Part shown: positions 11,728 through 22,476 of the stretch, piece by piece | Layout: every line of letters starts with the position of its first letter | How positions within the stretch are numbered: position 1 is the first letter of the stretch | Assembly (NCBI GenBank): GCA_964473365.1 | Contig: CAYYOV010000003.1 | Span: 57,139 to 121,138, forward strand | DNA from: an uncultured Ignavibacteriaceae bacterium | Lineage (GTDB): Bacteria; Bacteroidota; Ignavibacteria; UBA10030 | Length of the DNA stretch: 64,000 nt | Direction: 5' to 3' | The notes under the pieces: model-generated | Database searches by the model: none | Told to the model about the DNA's origin: nothing | The model's input: only the letters and a program-made list of their open reading frames with translations | Made by a program: the position numbers and the translations under genes

Positions 11728-12615
11728 TCACGCATGCGATGAACAAGAATATACCAAACACTTGAGGGGACTGCAAACGGAGAACGAACAGGGCAAGGGC
11801 GGACGAAGCCGAAGGGGAATGGCTCCGCTATTGGTGGTTTGCCGGGGGACGATCAAGACGCTGGTCAGGACTGTGGCGAGATACGCCGGATCTGCGGGAC
11901 TGAAGCAGAGCTGATACGTACTCTCAGGAAGGTCGACGAGTTGCAAGGAATTGCTACCGGTTTGCGCAAGGATGAAGCTCACTACCGAATCTTCTCCGGC
12001 ACCGGTTGCGATCGTGGAGGATGGAATCATGCGCCACCGCTCCGGAGATCGTTCCGGCCACGTCCCCCTGTTGGGCCCGGATCACCGGTCGCTATTCAAG
12101 ACGACCGCTGGTGGGGTCGCGCATACCGATCGGGAGACGTCCATGTCGGAGGTGAGGCCGAGGAGGCATCCTTCCGCGACATTGAACGTCGCATCGATCA
12201 TCGCAGCATCCCGAAGATCAGCCGGAAGGGCGATCGTGCGTTCGAATCCGTCCTCAACGAGGTTCGAGATACAGAACAGGACCATGATCATGTCGTACCC
12301 GCAGCTCGGGAATGAGGTCGAGATCATGGTGGCCGAGACTCCGATGCGGAGGCTCAGCAGGTCGAAGGTTTTCTATTCTTCGCGGATGACCGTCCAGCCG
12401 AAACTCCGGCCTGCGCTCGCGCGATGGACCGCCGCACTGTGCATGACGATGTTTACGGCACGACGCGTCGCGGGCGTAGCGACACGTTTGATCCGGAAGT
12501 CCCCGCGGAAATTGGCATTTGCATGATCCTCACATTCGAAACACACGGTATCCATCGCCGCGATAAGGGTCGAGCGCATGTGCCGAAGACATGCGAGAAT
12601 TGATTCAACATGCAA
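11728..12615 (-). pseudogene. Probable decayed gene: three collinear same-frame ORF fragments interrupted by TAG and TGA
   Basis: Minus-strand ORFs 12615-12373, 12327-12082 and 12030-11728 share one frame (all upper coordinates are 0 mod 3). They are separated by TAG (12375-12373) and TGA (12084-12082). Composition is protein-like, unlike the R/D/G-rich plus-strand shadow ORFs. The only start is a TTG at 12615, 18 nt from rlmI. Confidence 0.4.
11748..11776 (-). promoter_or_regulatory. Candidate sigma70-type promoter for fbaB (TTGCAG-17-TATATT)
   Basis: Minus-strand hexamers at 11776-11771 and 11753-11748, spacer 17 nt, about 60 nt upstream of the fbaB ATG. Confidence 0.4.
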
Positions 12616-12633
12616 TTCTGTCTACTTTGATCT

Positions 12634-13806
12634 ATGGATGGAATTGTAACACTCCGACCGCGGGAAGATCGCCGGATCGTTGACGGCCATGCGTGGGTCT
12701 TTTCCAACGAAATCGCCTCCGTGGAGGGAACCCCCGGACCAGGAACCGTCGTCGGCGTTCGTCGCCACGACGGAAGGCTGATCGGTATCGGGTTCTACCA
12801 CCCTCACTCCCTCATTGCCGTCAGGATGCTCGCGCGTGAGAACCGGCCGATCGATCACCAGTTCTTTCGAGCGAGGATCCATGCTGCGCTCGAACGGCGG
12901 CAGCGCCTCTTCCCGGACGATACCGCCTACCGCATCGTCCATGGCGAATCGGACGGGCTTCCAGGTCTTATCATCGACCGATATGGAAACCACCTGGCCC
13001 TGCAGGCGTTGTCTGCCGGTATGGACGCCAGGACCGATCAGATCGGAGACGTCCTCGAGGACCTTCTTCACCCTGTCGCGATCGTCGGGCGCAATGACTC
13101 GTCCCTTCGGTCGCTCGAAGGACTTTCCGAGTCGATCGGGGTCCTCCGAGGGACATTGGACGGCGCGGTCGACATCGAGGAGAACGGCCTGCAGTACCGC
13201 GTAGACCTTCTTCTTGGACAGAAGACCGGGCTCTTTCTGGATCAGAAACTAAATCGGTTGCGGATCCGGAGGTATGCCCGAGGCCGCAGGGTCCTTGACT
13301 GTTTCTGCAACGACGGCGGTTTCAGTCTGAATGCCTCCTGCGGGGAGGCCACACAAGTTGAAGGGGTCGATATTTCGGCCGATGCGACCGGTCGGGCCTC
13401 TGAGAATGCACGCCGGAATGGACTGTCCAACGTGCAGTTCTCGACAGCAGACGTCTTTGACGACCTACGGAACCGATCGCAGCGGCAGGAACGTTATGGG
13501 ATGATCATCCTGGACCCCCCATCATTCACAAAGAGCCGCAAGACGGTCGCCACGGCCTTGCGGGGCTATCGGACGATCAACACGATCGCGATGGGACTTC
13601 TGGAACAGGACGGGATCCTCGTGAGCGCTTCATGTTCGCACCACATCGATCAATCCGCCTTCCTGGAGATGCTCCGGGAGAGCGCTGTCAAGGCTGGAAG
13701 GTCGGTCCAGGTTGTCGAGGTTTGCGGCGCAGCACCCGACCACCCTTCCCTGCTTGCGATGCCCGAGACGAGCTACCTCAAGCTGGCCATACTCATCGTA
13801 GCGTAG
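12634..13806 (+). CDS. Class I SAM-dependent rRNA methyltransferase (RlmI-like, PUA + MTase)
   Basis: N-terminal PUA-like region (RRIVDGHAWVFSNEI), SAM-binding VLDCFCNDGGFS and catalytic-region IILDPPSF. Confidence 0.8.
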   Translation: MDGIVTLRPREDRRIVDGHAWVFSNEIASVEGTPGPGTVVGVRRHDGRLIGIGFYHPHSLIAVRMLARENRPIDHQFFRARIHAALERRQRLFPDDTAYRIVHGESDGLPGLIIDRYGNHLALQALSAGMDARTDQIGDVLEDLLHPVAIVGRNDSSLRSLEGLSESIGVLRGTLDGAVDIEENGLQYRVDLLLGQKTGLFLDQKLNRLRIRRYARGRRVLDCFCNDGGFSLNASCGEATQVEGVDISADATGRASENARRNGLSNVQFSTADVFDDLRNRSQRQERYGMIILDPPSFTKSRKTVATALRGYRTINTIAMGLLEQDGILVSASCSHHIDQSAFLEMLRESAVKAGRSVQVVEVCGAAPDHPSLLAMPETSYLKLAILIVA

Positions 13807-13905
13807 AGAACGCTTCCCTCCGACCGCGGCGAGCGATGCGTGAGGGCACAGATCCAAACCGGCAGCAGGATTGCCATTCGCCCGTGACCACCGTACATTG
13901 ACGCC

Positions 13906-14670
13906 ATGACGTTTGAACGACCATTCGGCCACCCCCTTCGTCACACGTTCGCCATTGCGGTCGCGCTGGCGACGATCGTGACGGGGGTACGCGCCCAGGA
14001 GCCAACGCGTCCCGACACGGCGATCGTATTCCGTCCGTTCAAGCCAGCGCTCGTAACAGAGTCGCTGTTCGAGCGGAGGCTCACGGCCTGGGGATTCGAC
14101 CTGCTGATCTCCGAGAACGGATTCGGGCTTGGAGGATTTTACCGGAGGGAGTTTACCGACGATCTTGCAGGAACCATCACGTTCGCCATCTCCGACGTCA
14201 AAGACGACGGCGAAGTGGAATACGTGAATTACTACGGCCAGAGCTACGTCCCCGGAAAGAAGAACCGCCTGGTCATGCTACCGCTGATGGCTTCGGTCCA
14301 ATACCGCCTGTTCCGGGACGATATCGTTGATAATTTCCGACCCTACGTGACGGCTGGTGCCGGTCCAACAACGTTGTACGTCTCCCCCTACACCCGAAGC
14401 GTCAACGTCACCTTTGGCGACGGGTCGACCATTCAGCAGTCCGAGAAGATCGACTTTTTCGAGAGCCTCAAGTACGGAAAGGCCCATACGACGCTCGGCG
14501 GTTTCATCGGCGCAGGTGCGTATTTCGGGCGCGACCGGACGAACGTGATGGGGTTGAGCCTTCGATACTACCTCATCCCCGTTTCGCGCGGGATCGAGGT
14601 GATGGAGGGAGGGTTCGTCAAGGAGTTTGGAGGCATCTACATCACCCTGCATTTCGGCTCGGCATCATAG
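13906..14670 (+). CDS. Outer-membrane beta-barrel protein (uncharacterised)
   Basis: Signal-like N-terminus ending AVALATIVTGVRAQ. Alternating amphipathic strands and aromatic-rich C-terminus (GGIYITLHFG). Confidence 0.5.
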   Translation: MTFERPFGHPLRHTFAIAVALATIVTGVRAQEPTRPDTAIVFRPFKPALVTESLFERRLTAWGFDLLISENGFGLGGFYRREFTDDLAGTITFAISDVKDDGEVEYVNYYGQSYVPGKKNRLVMLPLMASVQYRLFRDDIVDNFRPYVTAGAGPTTLYVSPYTRSVNVTFGDGSTIQQSEKIDFFESLKYGKAHTTLGGFIGAGAYFGRDRTNVMGLSLRYYLIPVSRGIEVMEGGFVKEFGGIYITLHFGSAS

Positions 14671-14688
14671 CGCCGCTTCATAGCGCTC

Positions 14689-17559
14689 TCACGATCGTTG
14701 GGTTCCCCGACGTCCCGCTCGTCTTCCGCGGGACGTCGTCGTTTCCACACCGGTGTCAAGCACCGGGCGGAGAAACTGTCCCGTGAGCGAACGCGGGCTT
14801 TGTGCGATCTCCTCCGGAGTGCCGACCGCAACGATTTCGCCCCCCTTGTCCCCCGCATCGGGTCCAAGGTCGATGACAATGTCGGCGGATTTGATCACGT
14901 GGAGATTGTGTTCGATCACAACGAGCGAGTGGCCGGCCGTCAGGAGTGCGTCGAAGCATTTCAGCAAGGTCGCGATGTCGTCGAGATGCAGTCCGGTGGT
15001 CGGCTCGTCGAATATGAAGAGGGCGTGCCCCGCCTCGTCGGAGGTCGTGAGATGGTGGGCCAGTTTAATGCGCTGTGCCTCACCGCCGGAGAGCGTGGTA
15101 GCGGGCTGTCCGAGTCGAAGGTACCCCAGCCCGACGTCTGCCAGAACTGTCAGCTTCTTGGCGACGCGACGGCCTTCGGGATGTTCTGAGAAGAACCGGA
15201 TCGCCTCGGAGACCGTCAAGCGAAGGATCTCGTCGATGTTCTTACCCCGGAACCGAATGTCAAGGACCTCCTGCTTGAACCGCTTTCCCTTGCACGACTC
15301 GCAGGTCAAGTAGAGGTCCGCGAGGAACTGCATCTCGATCCGCTGAACGCCGTCCCCCTCGCACGTCTCACACCGTCCACCCGGCACGTTGAACGAAAAG
15401 TGTCCGGGCTTGAATCCCTTGACCTTGGCCGCCGGAGTCGATGCCAACAGGTCACGAATGATGTCAAAGACCTTGATGTAGGTGACGGGATTGGAACGCG
15501 GACTACGGCCTATGGGCGACTGATCCACAAGCTCGACGCGATCCACCCGCTCCGCACCCTCAAGACTCTTCATCTTCCCGACGGAGCCTTCATACCCGCC
15601 CTTCAACTTCTGAAGTCCGGCGTAGAGAATGTTGTGAACAAGCGTGCTCTTGCCGGAACCGCTGACGCCGCTGATGCAGACGAAGACTCCGAGCGGAATC
15701 CGGACGTCGATCGACTTCAGATTATGCTCCGCCGCACCACGAATGTAGATCGACGATTCAGGGTCCGGCCGACGATGCGTCGGCACGGGGATCGAACGCG
15801 CTCCTGAAAGATATTCTGCGGTCAGCCCGGCACCCCCCGCCAGCAGTTCGCTCGTCGAACCCGCAAACACGACCTCACCACCCAACTCGCCGGCTTTGGG
15901 GCCGAGGTCAACGACTACATCGGCAGCCCGGATCATCTCCTCGTCGTGCTCCACCACCATGACCGTGTTACCCAGGTCCCGCAGCGTGCGCAGGATGGCG
16001 ATCAACCGTTGACTGTCGCGGGGATGCAGCCCGATGCTGGGCTCGTCGAGCACGTAGAGCGAACCCATGAGTGAGGACCCAAGCGACGTCGCAAGATTGA
16101 TGCGCTGGCTCTCGCCGCCCGACAGCGTCATCGACAGCCGATCGAGGGTCAGATACCCGATGCCCACCTCTGACAGGAACTTCAGACGCTTTCGGATCTC
16201 TTCGACGATGCGGCGTGAGACCTCCTGCTCGAACGGAGTCAGTTCCAGGGCGTCAAAAAATGCCCTGGCGGAATCGATGGTCATCTGCACGACGTCGTGG
16301 ATCGTCTTCTGGCCAACCTGCAGGTACATCGCTTCCTGGCGCAGACGCGAACCGTGACACGACGGACACGTTGTGTATCCCCGAAACCTGCTCATGAAGA
16401 CTCTGTAGTGGAGCTTGTACGAGCGTTTCTCGATGTACTTGAAGAACGATCCGAGACCGTCAAACCCCTGCCCCCCTTCCTGCACCATGGTCTTGTGTCC
16501 CGGCGACAGATCTCGCCATGGGACGTCGAGGGGCAGGCCGTTCTTCGAGGCCGACTTGATGAGATCCAGATAGTATTCCCGCCACCGGGGAAATGTCCAC
16601 GGAACGATGGCCCCCTGTCGCAACGTCTTCGACGGATCAGGGACGACGAGGTCCATATCGATGCCGATCGCCCTTCCGAAACCCTGACACTCCGGACACG
16701 CTCCCACCGGATTGTTGAACGAGAACATGCGAGGGTCGGGCTCTTCGAACTTCGTGCCGTCGTTCGGACATTCCAGATGCTGTGTGAATCTCAGCCTCGA
16801 ACCCGCATCGATCAGCTCCGCCGTCGCATATCCAGTCCCTTCCGCAAACGCCGTCTGGATGGAATCCGCAAGCCGCGTGCGGAGGTCCGGATCGTCATTC
16901 CGGATGACCAGGCGGTCGACGACGACCGCCAGTCCCTTCTTGGACCGCCCCGGGATCGTCTCACGTTCCGTGTCGATGATCGATCCACCCTTCCAGAGGC
17001 GGAAGAATCCGCGCTGTTTCAGAACCGCGATCTCTTCTGGCAACGATCGACCGGAATGCTCGGGTAACGGGAACGTGACGACTACCTTCGTACCATCGGA
17101 CTGTTGCAGCACGCGGTCGACGGCCGTCGAAACGGTATCGCGATGCACTTCCGTACCGCAGGCAGGGCAGATCGTCCGTCCGATGCGGCCGAACAACAGC
17201 CGGCAATAATCATAGACCTCTGTAGTCGTCGCCACGGTCGAACGGGGATTGCGCGAGGTCGTCTTTTGCTCGATCGCAATTGCCGGACTGATCCCCTGGA
17301 TCAAGTCGACGTCGGGCTTCTCCATCCGCTCGAGGAACTGACGGGCATAGGAGGAAAGGCTCTCGACGTACCTCCGTTGTCCTTCGGCGTAGATCGTGTC
17401 AAACGCCAGGCTTGATTTCCCCGAGCCGCTGACCCCGGTAACGACGATCAGCGTATTGCGGGGGAGGTCGAGCGAGATATTCTTGAGATTGTTGACGCGC
17501 GCGCCGCGCACGATGAGGCGATCAAGTCCGGCACGGCGGATGGGACGTGGAGATGGCAT
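14689..17559 (-). CDS. uvrA: Excinuclease ABC subunit A
   Basis: 956 aa with two ABC modules ([25 protein letters not shown]), zinc-finger cysteines and [12 protein letters not shown]. Confidence 0.97.
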   Translation of the reverse strand: MPSPRPIRRAGLDRLIVRGARVNNLKNISLDLPRNTLIVVTGVSGSGKSSLAFDTIYAEGQRRYVESLSSYARQFLERMEKPDVDLIQGISPAIAIEQKTTSRNPRSTVATTTEVYDYCRLLFGRIGRTICPACGTEVHRDTVSTAVDRVLQQSDGTKVVVTFPLPEHSGRSLPEEIAVLKQRGFFRLWKGGSIIDTERETIPGRSKKGLAVVVDRLVIRNDDPDLRTRLADSIQTAFAEGTGYATAELIDAGSRLRFTQHLECPNDGTKFEEPDPRMFSFNNPVGACPECQGFGRAIGIDMDLVVPDPSKTLRQGAIVPWTFPRWREYYLDLIKSASKNGLPLDVPWRDLSPGHKTMVQEGGQGFDGLGSFFKYIEKRSYKLHYRVFMSRFRGYTTCPSCHGSRLRQEAMYLQVGQKTIHDVVQMTIDSARAFFDALELTPFEQEVSRRIVEEIRKRLKFLSEVGIGYLTLDRLSMTLSGGESQRINLATSLGSSLMGSLYVLDEPSIGLHPRDSQRLIAILRTLRDLGNTVMVVEHDEEMIRAADVVVDLGPKAGELGGEVVFAGSTSELLAGGAGLTAEYLSGARSIPVPTHRRPDPESSIYIRGAAEHNLKSIDVRIPLGVFVCISGVSGSGKSTLVHNILYAGLQKLKGGYEGSVGKMKSLEGAERVDRVELVDQSPIGRSPRSNPVTYIKVFDIIRDLLASTPAAKVKGFKPGHFSFNVPGGRCETCEGDGVQRIEMQFLADLYLTCESCKGKRFKQEVLDIRFRGKNIDEILRLTVSEAIRFFSEHPEGRRVAKKLTVLADVGLGYLRLGQPATTLSGGEAQRIKLAHHLTTSDEAGHALFIFDEPTTGLHLDDIATLLKCFDALLTAGHSLVVIEHNLHVIKSADIVIDLGPDAGDKGGEIVAVGTPEEIAQSPRSLTGQFLRPVLDTGVETTTSRGRRAGRRGTQRS

Positions 17560-17570
17560 ACGCTGGTGTG

Positions 17571-17616
17571 GAAGAAAACGGCGGCGGGCCCTGATGGCAG
17601 TTCCACCAGGGCCCGC
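17571..17616 (-). terminator. Rho-independent terminator after the EF-G paralog
   Basis: Perfect 10-bp stem GCGGGCCCUG/CAGGGCCCGC (17584-17593 and 17607-17616) followed on the minus strand by CGCCGUUUUCUUCC. Confidence 0.7.
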
Positions 17617-17634
17617 ATCGCCGCAACCCGTGGA

Positions 17635-19740
17635 TCATTCGCCCTCAGCCCGCGATTTCTCATAGGCGGCGATGATCTTTTCCGCCTGTTCACGGGGAAC
17701 TTCTTCGTAGTGCGAAAATTTCGTGCGATAGACACCCCGGCCTTGCGTCATCGACCGGAGGATCGTCGAGTATTTGTGGATCTCGGCAACGGGCACCTGC
17801 GCACGGATGATCTGGTAGTGGCCGTCGGCTTCCATGCCGAGGATCTTCCCGCGTCGGCCGGAGATGTCGCCCATGACGTCGCCCATGTATTCTTCGGGGA
17901 CCGTTACCGTGATCTCGTCAATCGGTTCCAGAAGGATCGGCCGGCCCTCGAGGAATCCTTTCTTGAACGCCATCGCGCCGGCGATCTTGAATGAATGCTC
18001 ATCCGAGTCGACCGAATGGTAGGATCCGTCAAAGATGGTGACCTTGACGTCGACCACTTCATATCCCGCAATGACGCCCCGTTGCATCGTTTCGATGACA
18101 CCCTTTTCGACGGCGGGCACAAACCGGCCCGGGACCACCCCGCCGACGACCGCATCTTCGAACTGAAAACCAGTGCCGCGCGGCAGAGGCTCGAGCTTTA
18201 CCCACACATGCCCGAACTGACCCCGGCCACCCGTTTGCTTCTTGTGTTTGTATTCCACCTCAGGGACCGCTGAGCGAAGCGCTTCCTTGTACGGGATCTT
18301 CGGCTCAGTGAGCTCGACTTCGACGCCGTATTTTTGTTTCAGGCGCTTCGTAACGATCAGAAGGTGTAGCTCCCCCTGGCCCGCGATGATCGTCTGACTC
18401 AGCTGGCCGTCGACATGCATGACGAACGTTGGGTCCTCTTCATGCAGCGCATGGAGACCCGTCGACATTCGATCCTCATCCCCCTTGTTCTTCGAATGAA
18501 TGGCCATTCGAATGACCGGTTCCGGGAAGACGATCGGCTGATAGGTGACCGGAAGGCCCTTGGCGCTCAGGGTGTTGTTCGTATGCGTGTCCTTGAGCTT
18601 CACGACCGCGCCCAGATCTCCGGCGACGAGTTTGCCCACTTCCTTGCGTTCGCGTCCGTTCATCAAGAACAGCTGGCCAAGACGCTCGGACTTTCCGTTC
18701 GACTCGTTCACGAGGTCCATCCCGGCCTGCACGGTGCCCGAATAGACCCGGAAGAAGGAAAGCTCGCCCACATGCTCTTCCGAGACGGTCCGGAAGACGA
18801 AGAGCGATGCCAGCGCGGAGGCATCGGGCGCGACCATTACGGCCTCTTTTGTATCCAGATGCTGAGCAGAGACCGGACCGCGGTCGAGCGGCGACGGGAC
18901 GACCTGAACAAAGAAGTCCATCAGCGGAGCCAGGCCCGTGCCGTTCGACGCGGAAGTGCACAGCACGGGAAAGATCTTGCGCTGGATAAACGCGGAACGG
19001 AGGCCGGCTTCCATGTCCGCTTCGCCGAGGGTCCCTTCTTCGAAGAACTTGTTCATCAGAGCTTCATCGGTCTCGGCGATCTTCTCAACCAGTTCCTCAT
19101 GCAGGTGATCGGCCTGTTCCTTGAGGTCGGCGGGGATCTCGCCGACTGATACCGCCGTGCCATCTTTGGTGAACGTCAACAGCTTCATGTGGAGCAGGTC
19201 GACAAGTGCGTCAAACCCGAGCCCAGCATTCACCGGGAGATGGAATCGCACGACATCGTGGCCGAATCGTTCGCGCGCCATGGCAACCGCGTGGTCGACG
19301 TCCGCATTCTCGTTGTCCACTTTGTTGACAACGAGCACGACCGGCAGGCCCTGCTTCTGCGCATAGCTCCACGCGACCTCGGTGCCGACCTCGACCCCTT
19401 CAACTGACTTGATGAGGAGCGTTGCGGCATCGGCGACACGGATGGAGCTGATAACGTCACCCGTGAAGTCAGAATAGCCGGGTGTATCGAGGATGTTGAG
19501 CTTCGTCCCCTTCCAATCAGCATGAAGGAGCGATCCGTTGATCGATATCTTTCGTTCGATCTCGTCGGGATGGTAATCAGAGATGGTGTTGCCGTCTTCG
19601 ATGCGGCCGCGACGGGTCGTCGTGCCGGAAACGAACAACAGGGATTCCACAAGGGAGGTTTTACCTGCGCCGCCGTGTCCGACGATCGCAACATTACGGA
19701 CACGGTCGGCCGAATAGTCTTTGGTCGATGCCTGGGCCAC
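17635..19740 (-). CDS. Elongation factor G paralog (EF-G2/EF-G II type)
   Basis: 701 aa with a GTG start and five-domain EF-G layout. Divergent G motifs: [21 protein letters not shown]. Not adjacent to rpsG or tuf. Confidence 0.85.
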   Translation of the reverse strand: MAQASTKDYSADRVRNVAIVGHGGAGKTSLVESLLFVSGTTTRRGRIEDGNTISDYHPDEIERKISINGSLLHADWKGTKLNILDTPGYSDFTGDVISSIRVADAATLLIKSVEGVEVGTEVAWSYAQKQGLPVVLVVNKVDNENADVDHAVAMARERFGHDVVRFHLPVNAGLGFDALVDLLHMKLLTFTKDGTAVSVGEIPADLKEQADHLHEELVEKIAETDEALMNKFFEEGTLGEADMEAGLRSAFIQRKIFPVLCTSASNGTGLAPLMDFFVQVVPSPLDRGPVSAQHLDTKEAVMVAPDASALASLFVFRTVSEEHVGELSFFRVYSGTVQAGMDLVNESNGKSERLGQLFLMNGRERKEVGKLVAGDLGAVVKLKDTHTNNTLSAKGLPVTYQPIVFPEPVIRMAIHSKNKGDEDRMSTGLHALHEEDPTFVMHVDGQLSQTIIAGQGELHLLIVTKRLKQKYGVEVELTEPKIPYKEALRSAVPEVEYKHKKQTGGRGQFGHVWVKLEPLPRGTGFQFEDAVVGGVVPGRFVPAVEKGVIETMQRGVIAGYEVVDVKVTIFDGSYHSVDSDEHSFKIAGAMAFKKGFLEGRPILLEPIDEITVTVPEEYMGDVMGDISGRRGKILGMEADGHYQIIRAQVPVAEIHKYSTILRSMTQGRGVYRTKFSHYEEVPREQAEKIIAAYEKSRAEGE

Positions 19741-19800
19741 GATGTCACTCCTTGGTGAGGAAACGCCAGCGGCGACCCTGGGGGGCCGCCGCTGTGCTGA

Positions 19801-20205
19801 TCATTGACCGGCGTTGCCGGTTGTTGCCCGTGCTCCGAAGAACGACACCACTTTAGCGATGATCCCGCCGAGGGCCGACAGGACCTTGTGGATGGGCTCT
19901 TCGAGCCGTTGTTGGATCCTCTCCTCGAACTGCTCGACGTTCCGTGCAATGCGCCGGAGTGATTCCACCGAACCCTTGAAGAGGCTCACCTGGTCGTCGA
20001 TCTGCGTCGCGATGGACTTGAGCTTCTCGGAGACAACGGCCAGGTTTTCGAGGAGAGGTTTGAGCTGCTTCGCGACCTCCGACACGTCCCGCTGGACCAG
20101 GACCATGGTCGCATTCAGGCGGACGAGGGTCACGATGAGATACAGGCACAAGGCCGACGCGCTGAGCAAGGCCAGCGCTTGTGCGAATTGGATGAAGGAT
20201 TCCAC
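19801..20205 (-). CDS. DUF948-like membrane-anchored coiled-coil protein
   Basis: One N-terminal TM helix followed by a helical region. Pairing with a YtxH-like gene is typical of this family. GTG start. Confidence 0.55.
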   Translation of the reverse strand: MESFIQFAQALALLSASALCLYLIVTLVRLNATMVLVQRDVSEVAKQLKPLLENLAVVSEKLKSIATQIDDQVSLFKGSVESLRRIARNVEQFEERIQQRLEEPIHKVLSALGGIIAKVVSFFGARATTGNAGQ

Positions 20206-20255
20206 AATGGTCCCTTGAATGGAGAACCTGGTGGTGCGCGATCGGGTCCGAACGG

Positions 20256-20597
20256 TCAGCTAGTGCGTCCGCGGTCCCCGGTGGTCTTTGAACGGGCGTC
20301 GCCGAGGATGCGTTCGGCGTCGCCGAGCAGCGTGTCGGCCTTTTTGCGCGCGTCGGTGATGAGGTCGTCCGACCGCTTCTTGCCTTCGTTGATCAGTTCG
20401 ACGGCCTTCGCACGGGCCTTCTGGATGTATTCCTGGGCATCTTCGGCGATATCACCAGCCTTTTGACTGATATCCGCACGAAGTTCTTTGCCCGCTTTGG
20501 GAGCGAACAGCAGACCGACAACGGCGCCAACGATCGCGCCCGAAATGAATCCGACGACCAGGCCTTTGGCCATGCCGTCATTATCCTCATTCGACAT
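20256..20597 (-). CDS. YtxH domain protein
   Basis: GLVVGFISGAIVGAVVGLLFAPKAGKELR is the YtxH signature, followed by a charged helical tail. Confidence 0.65.
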   Translation of the reverse strand: MSNEDNDGMAKGLVVGFISGAIVGAVVGLLFAPKAGKELRADISQKAGDIAEDAQEYIQKARAKAVELINEGKKRSDDLITDARKKADTLLGDAERILGDARSKTTGDRGRTS

Positions 20598-20669
20598 GAG
20601 TCTACTCCTTCTTCAGTTCACGTAACAGCAGCTGATATAACATAGAGAAACCAGTGCACAGATACAATC

Positions 20670-21575
20670 CTACGGCCATTCGACCCGCACCGCTGCGAGA
20701 TCTGGACGTCCAGCCCGCTCCCACGCAGCCGTCCAGAAGGACGCAACGGAACCAATAGCACGTTGAAGCCGCCGCTCGACCATGCCATTCAGATCCCTGT
20801 TGAATCGGTCATAGTATTCGGGAACAAACTCCAGCTCCTCGCGCCCGCGTCGTTCTCGTTTTCGGGTCAACTGGTCAACAGGGATGCCTTCACGCGCACT
20901 TCTGTCAGCCCGAAGAACAGAATCAACGAGCGCTTCACTTTCGATCACAATCCGGAATGCTTCGGCAAGCGGATCTGCGATCGGCGTGACGCCGGCTGGC
21001 GTCAGGTGGAACGAACGTCCGAACCGCTCAGGGATCCGCGATTCCCACCGGGAATGCAGACCCTTTTGGCCGGTGAGCTGGCCATCGTAGTTCGACGTGG
21101 CGTGCAGCGGAACATGCGCATCGGCGACATAGTGCGAAAGGTCTGCCGCCGTTCTGACCATGGTCAGTCCGTCCCGGCGGCTCATTGCTGCGGCAAGGCT
21201 GTCTGTGAGGTCTGCTATGACCCAAGGGACGGTGCCGTTCGTATCGACTGTGCGCCGGCCGAACTTCTGCTCGGCCGCTTCACGCTCACGCGGCAGGTCC
21301 TTGAACGGCGCCGCACCATATCGGTCGATGTCAATAAAGTGCTTCGGCCCTTCAGTGGTGTCGTACGAACGCCGCAGGTCTGGATTGACCGACCATGCTA
21401 CGATGGAATCGGCGTAGGCACGGAAGAACGGGGCTGCCTCGTCGGGCATGGAGCGGACAGCCTGCTCATTGATCTGGCGGTGAGAGATGAACCCCCAGGC
21501 GCCCATGGGGGCAGGCCGGAGGGCGAGCAGCAGCAGGGCGACAACGAGGAGGCGGAACGGGAACGCGTGGGTCAT
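20670..21575 (-). CDS. Zinc-dependent phospholipase C / P1-nuclease superfamily protein
   Basis: Signal peptide, then WGFISHRQINEQA, HFIDID and HVPLHATSNYDGQ metal-ligand-like motifs. Start trimmed to MTHAFPF (ATG 21575). Confidence 0.6.
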   Translation of the reverse strand: MTHAFPFRLLVVALLLLALRPAPMGAWGFISHRQINEQAVRSMPDEAAPFFRAYADSIVAWSVNPDLRRSYDTTEGPKHFIDIDRYGAAPFKDLPREREAAEQKFGRRTVDTNGTVPWVIADLTDSLAAAMSRRDGLTMVRTAADLSHYVADAHVPLHATSNYDGQLTGQKGLHSRWESRIPERFGRSFHLTPAGVTPIADPLAEAFRIVIESEALVDSVLRADRSAREGIPVDQLTRKRERRGREELEFVPEYYDRFNRDLNGMVERRLQRAIGSVASFWTAAWERAGRPDLAAVRVEWP

Positions 21576-21584
21576 ATCGTTCAC

Positions 21585-21621
21585 TGAAGAAACCGCCGCC
21601 CTGCGGTCACCCGCAGGGCGG
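21585..21621 (-). terminator. Rho-independent terminator after the 31-codon basic ORF
   Basis: Perfect 11-bp stem CCGCCCUGCGG/CCGCAGGGCGG (21596-21606 and 21611-21621) followed on the minus strand by CGGUUUCUUCA. Confidence 0.7.
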
Positions 21622-21635
21622 TTAGGCTTGGTCAA

Positions 21636-21731
21636 CTACCGGTTCTTCTTCTTGTGACGCATCTTGCGCAAGCGCTTCTTTCGCTTGTGCGTCGCCATTT
21701 TGTGGCGTTTGCGCTTCTTGCCGCTAGGCAT
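21636..21731 (-). CDS. 31-aa highly basic mini-protein (AURKAIP1/COX24-like; possible ribosomal bS22-type)
   Basis: Own translation: MPSGKKRKRHKMATHKRKKRLRKMRHKKKNR, with 18 K/R plus 3 H in 31 residues. Below the ORF-track size cutoff. Has its own terminator and lies 22 nt downstream of the TPR gene. Confidence 0.65.
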   Translation of the reverse strand: MPSGKKRKRHKMATHKRKKRLRKMRHKKKNR

Positions 21732-21753
21732 GGCGCGTCCTCCGGATGATGAG

Positions 21754-22470
21754 TTAGGGTGTGGGAACCGCTGCGTGTTGTTGGATCATCTGCTTCGCTC
21801 GCTGGCCGAGCTCGCTCTGCGGCGCAAGATTTGCCGTCTTCGCGAACCAGTCGTTCGCTTCCGTGATGTTGCCTTGAACGAGACAGACGATGCCGAGGTT
21901 ATAATGTGCCTGCAAGTGCTCGGGAACGTACGTCAACGCCTTCTTCATCTCTGCCTTCGCTCCATCAAGATCGCCCGTCTCTTTCATGCAGATGCCCATA
22001 TCGACGCGCGCGTTGGCGTCGGACGGACGCGACTTCAGGACCTCTCGATACGTGGCGATAGCCCGGTCGTAGAAGCGCGCATCCATGAGATGATTGGCAA
22101 GGTCCTTCCTGAGCTCGACGTTGGCCGGCTGCGCTTTGATCTGCGCCTCGAGTTCCTCGATGTGCGGCAACGCGGTCATATCGGGTCCGGTCGGCTGTGC
22201 CATCATCGGAGCCTGAGCCTGAGCCGGCGATCCGCTGACAGGGATCGGTGTGGTCTTTGGACCCGTGATGAGCTCGAGCCCGACGACTGCCACGGCGATG
22301 ACCACGACCAAGACGATGACATTCCGGAGCGGGAACGCCGCCGCCGGAGCTTGCTTGGCGGATTTTCTTCCGCCGGTCGGCCACTCGACGGGCGTTCCGC
22401 ATGAAGGACATGGGTTTTGCCCCCATGCCAATTCTGCCTTGCACTTAGCGCATGTTGCCGTTGGACGCAT
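21754..22470 (-). CDS. Zinc-ribbon / TM / TPR-repeat protein
   Basis: N-terminal CAKC...CPSC zinc ribbon, one TM helix (VIVLVVVIAVAVVGL) and C-terminal TPR repeats. Confidence 0.6.
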   Translation of the reverse strand: MRPTATCAKCKAELAWGQNPCPSCGTPVEWPTGGRKSAKQAPAAAFPLRNVIVLVVVIAVAVVGLELITGPKTTPIPVSGSPAQAQAPMMAQPTGPDMTALPHIEELEAQIKAQPANVELRKDLANHLMDARFYDRAIATYREVLKSRPSDANARVDMGICMKETGDLDGAKAEMKKALTYVPEHLQAHYNLGIVCLVQGNITEANDWFAKTANLAPQSELGQRAKQMIQQHAAVPTP

Positions 22471-22476
22471 GGCCGA

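Noticed and set aside
12082-12084. In-frame TGA in the degenerate ORF as a possible selenocysteine codon
   Set aside because: A second in-frame interruption is TAG, which Sec cannot explain. TGA is used as an ordinary stop by neighbouring genes such as fbaB. Only a weak 5-bp hairpin (CCGGA-N6-UCCGG) lies about 29 nt downstream, not a convincing bacterial SECIS.
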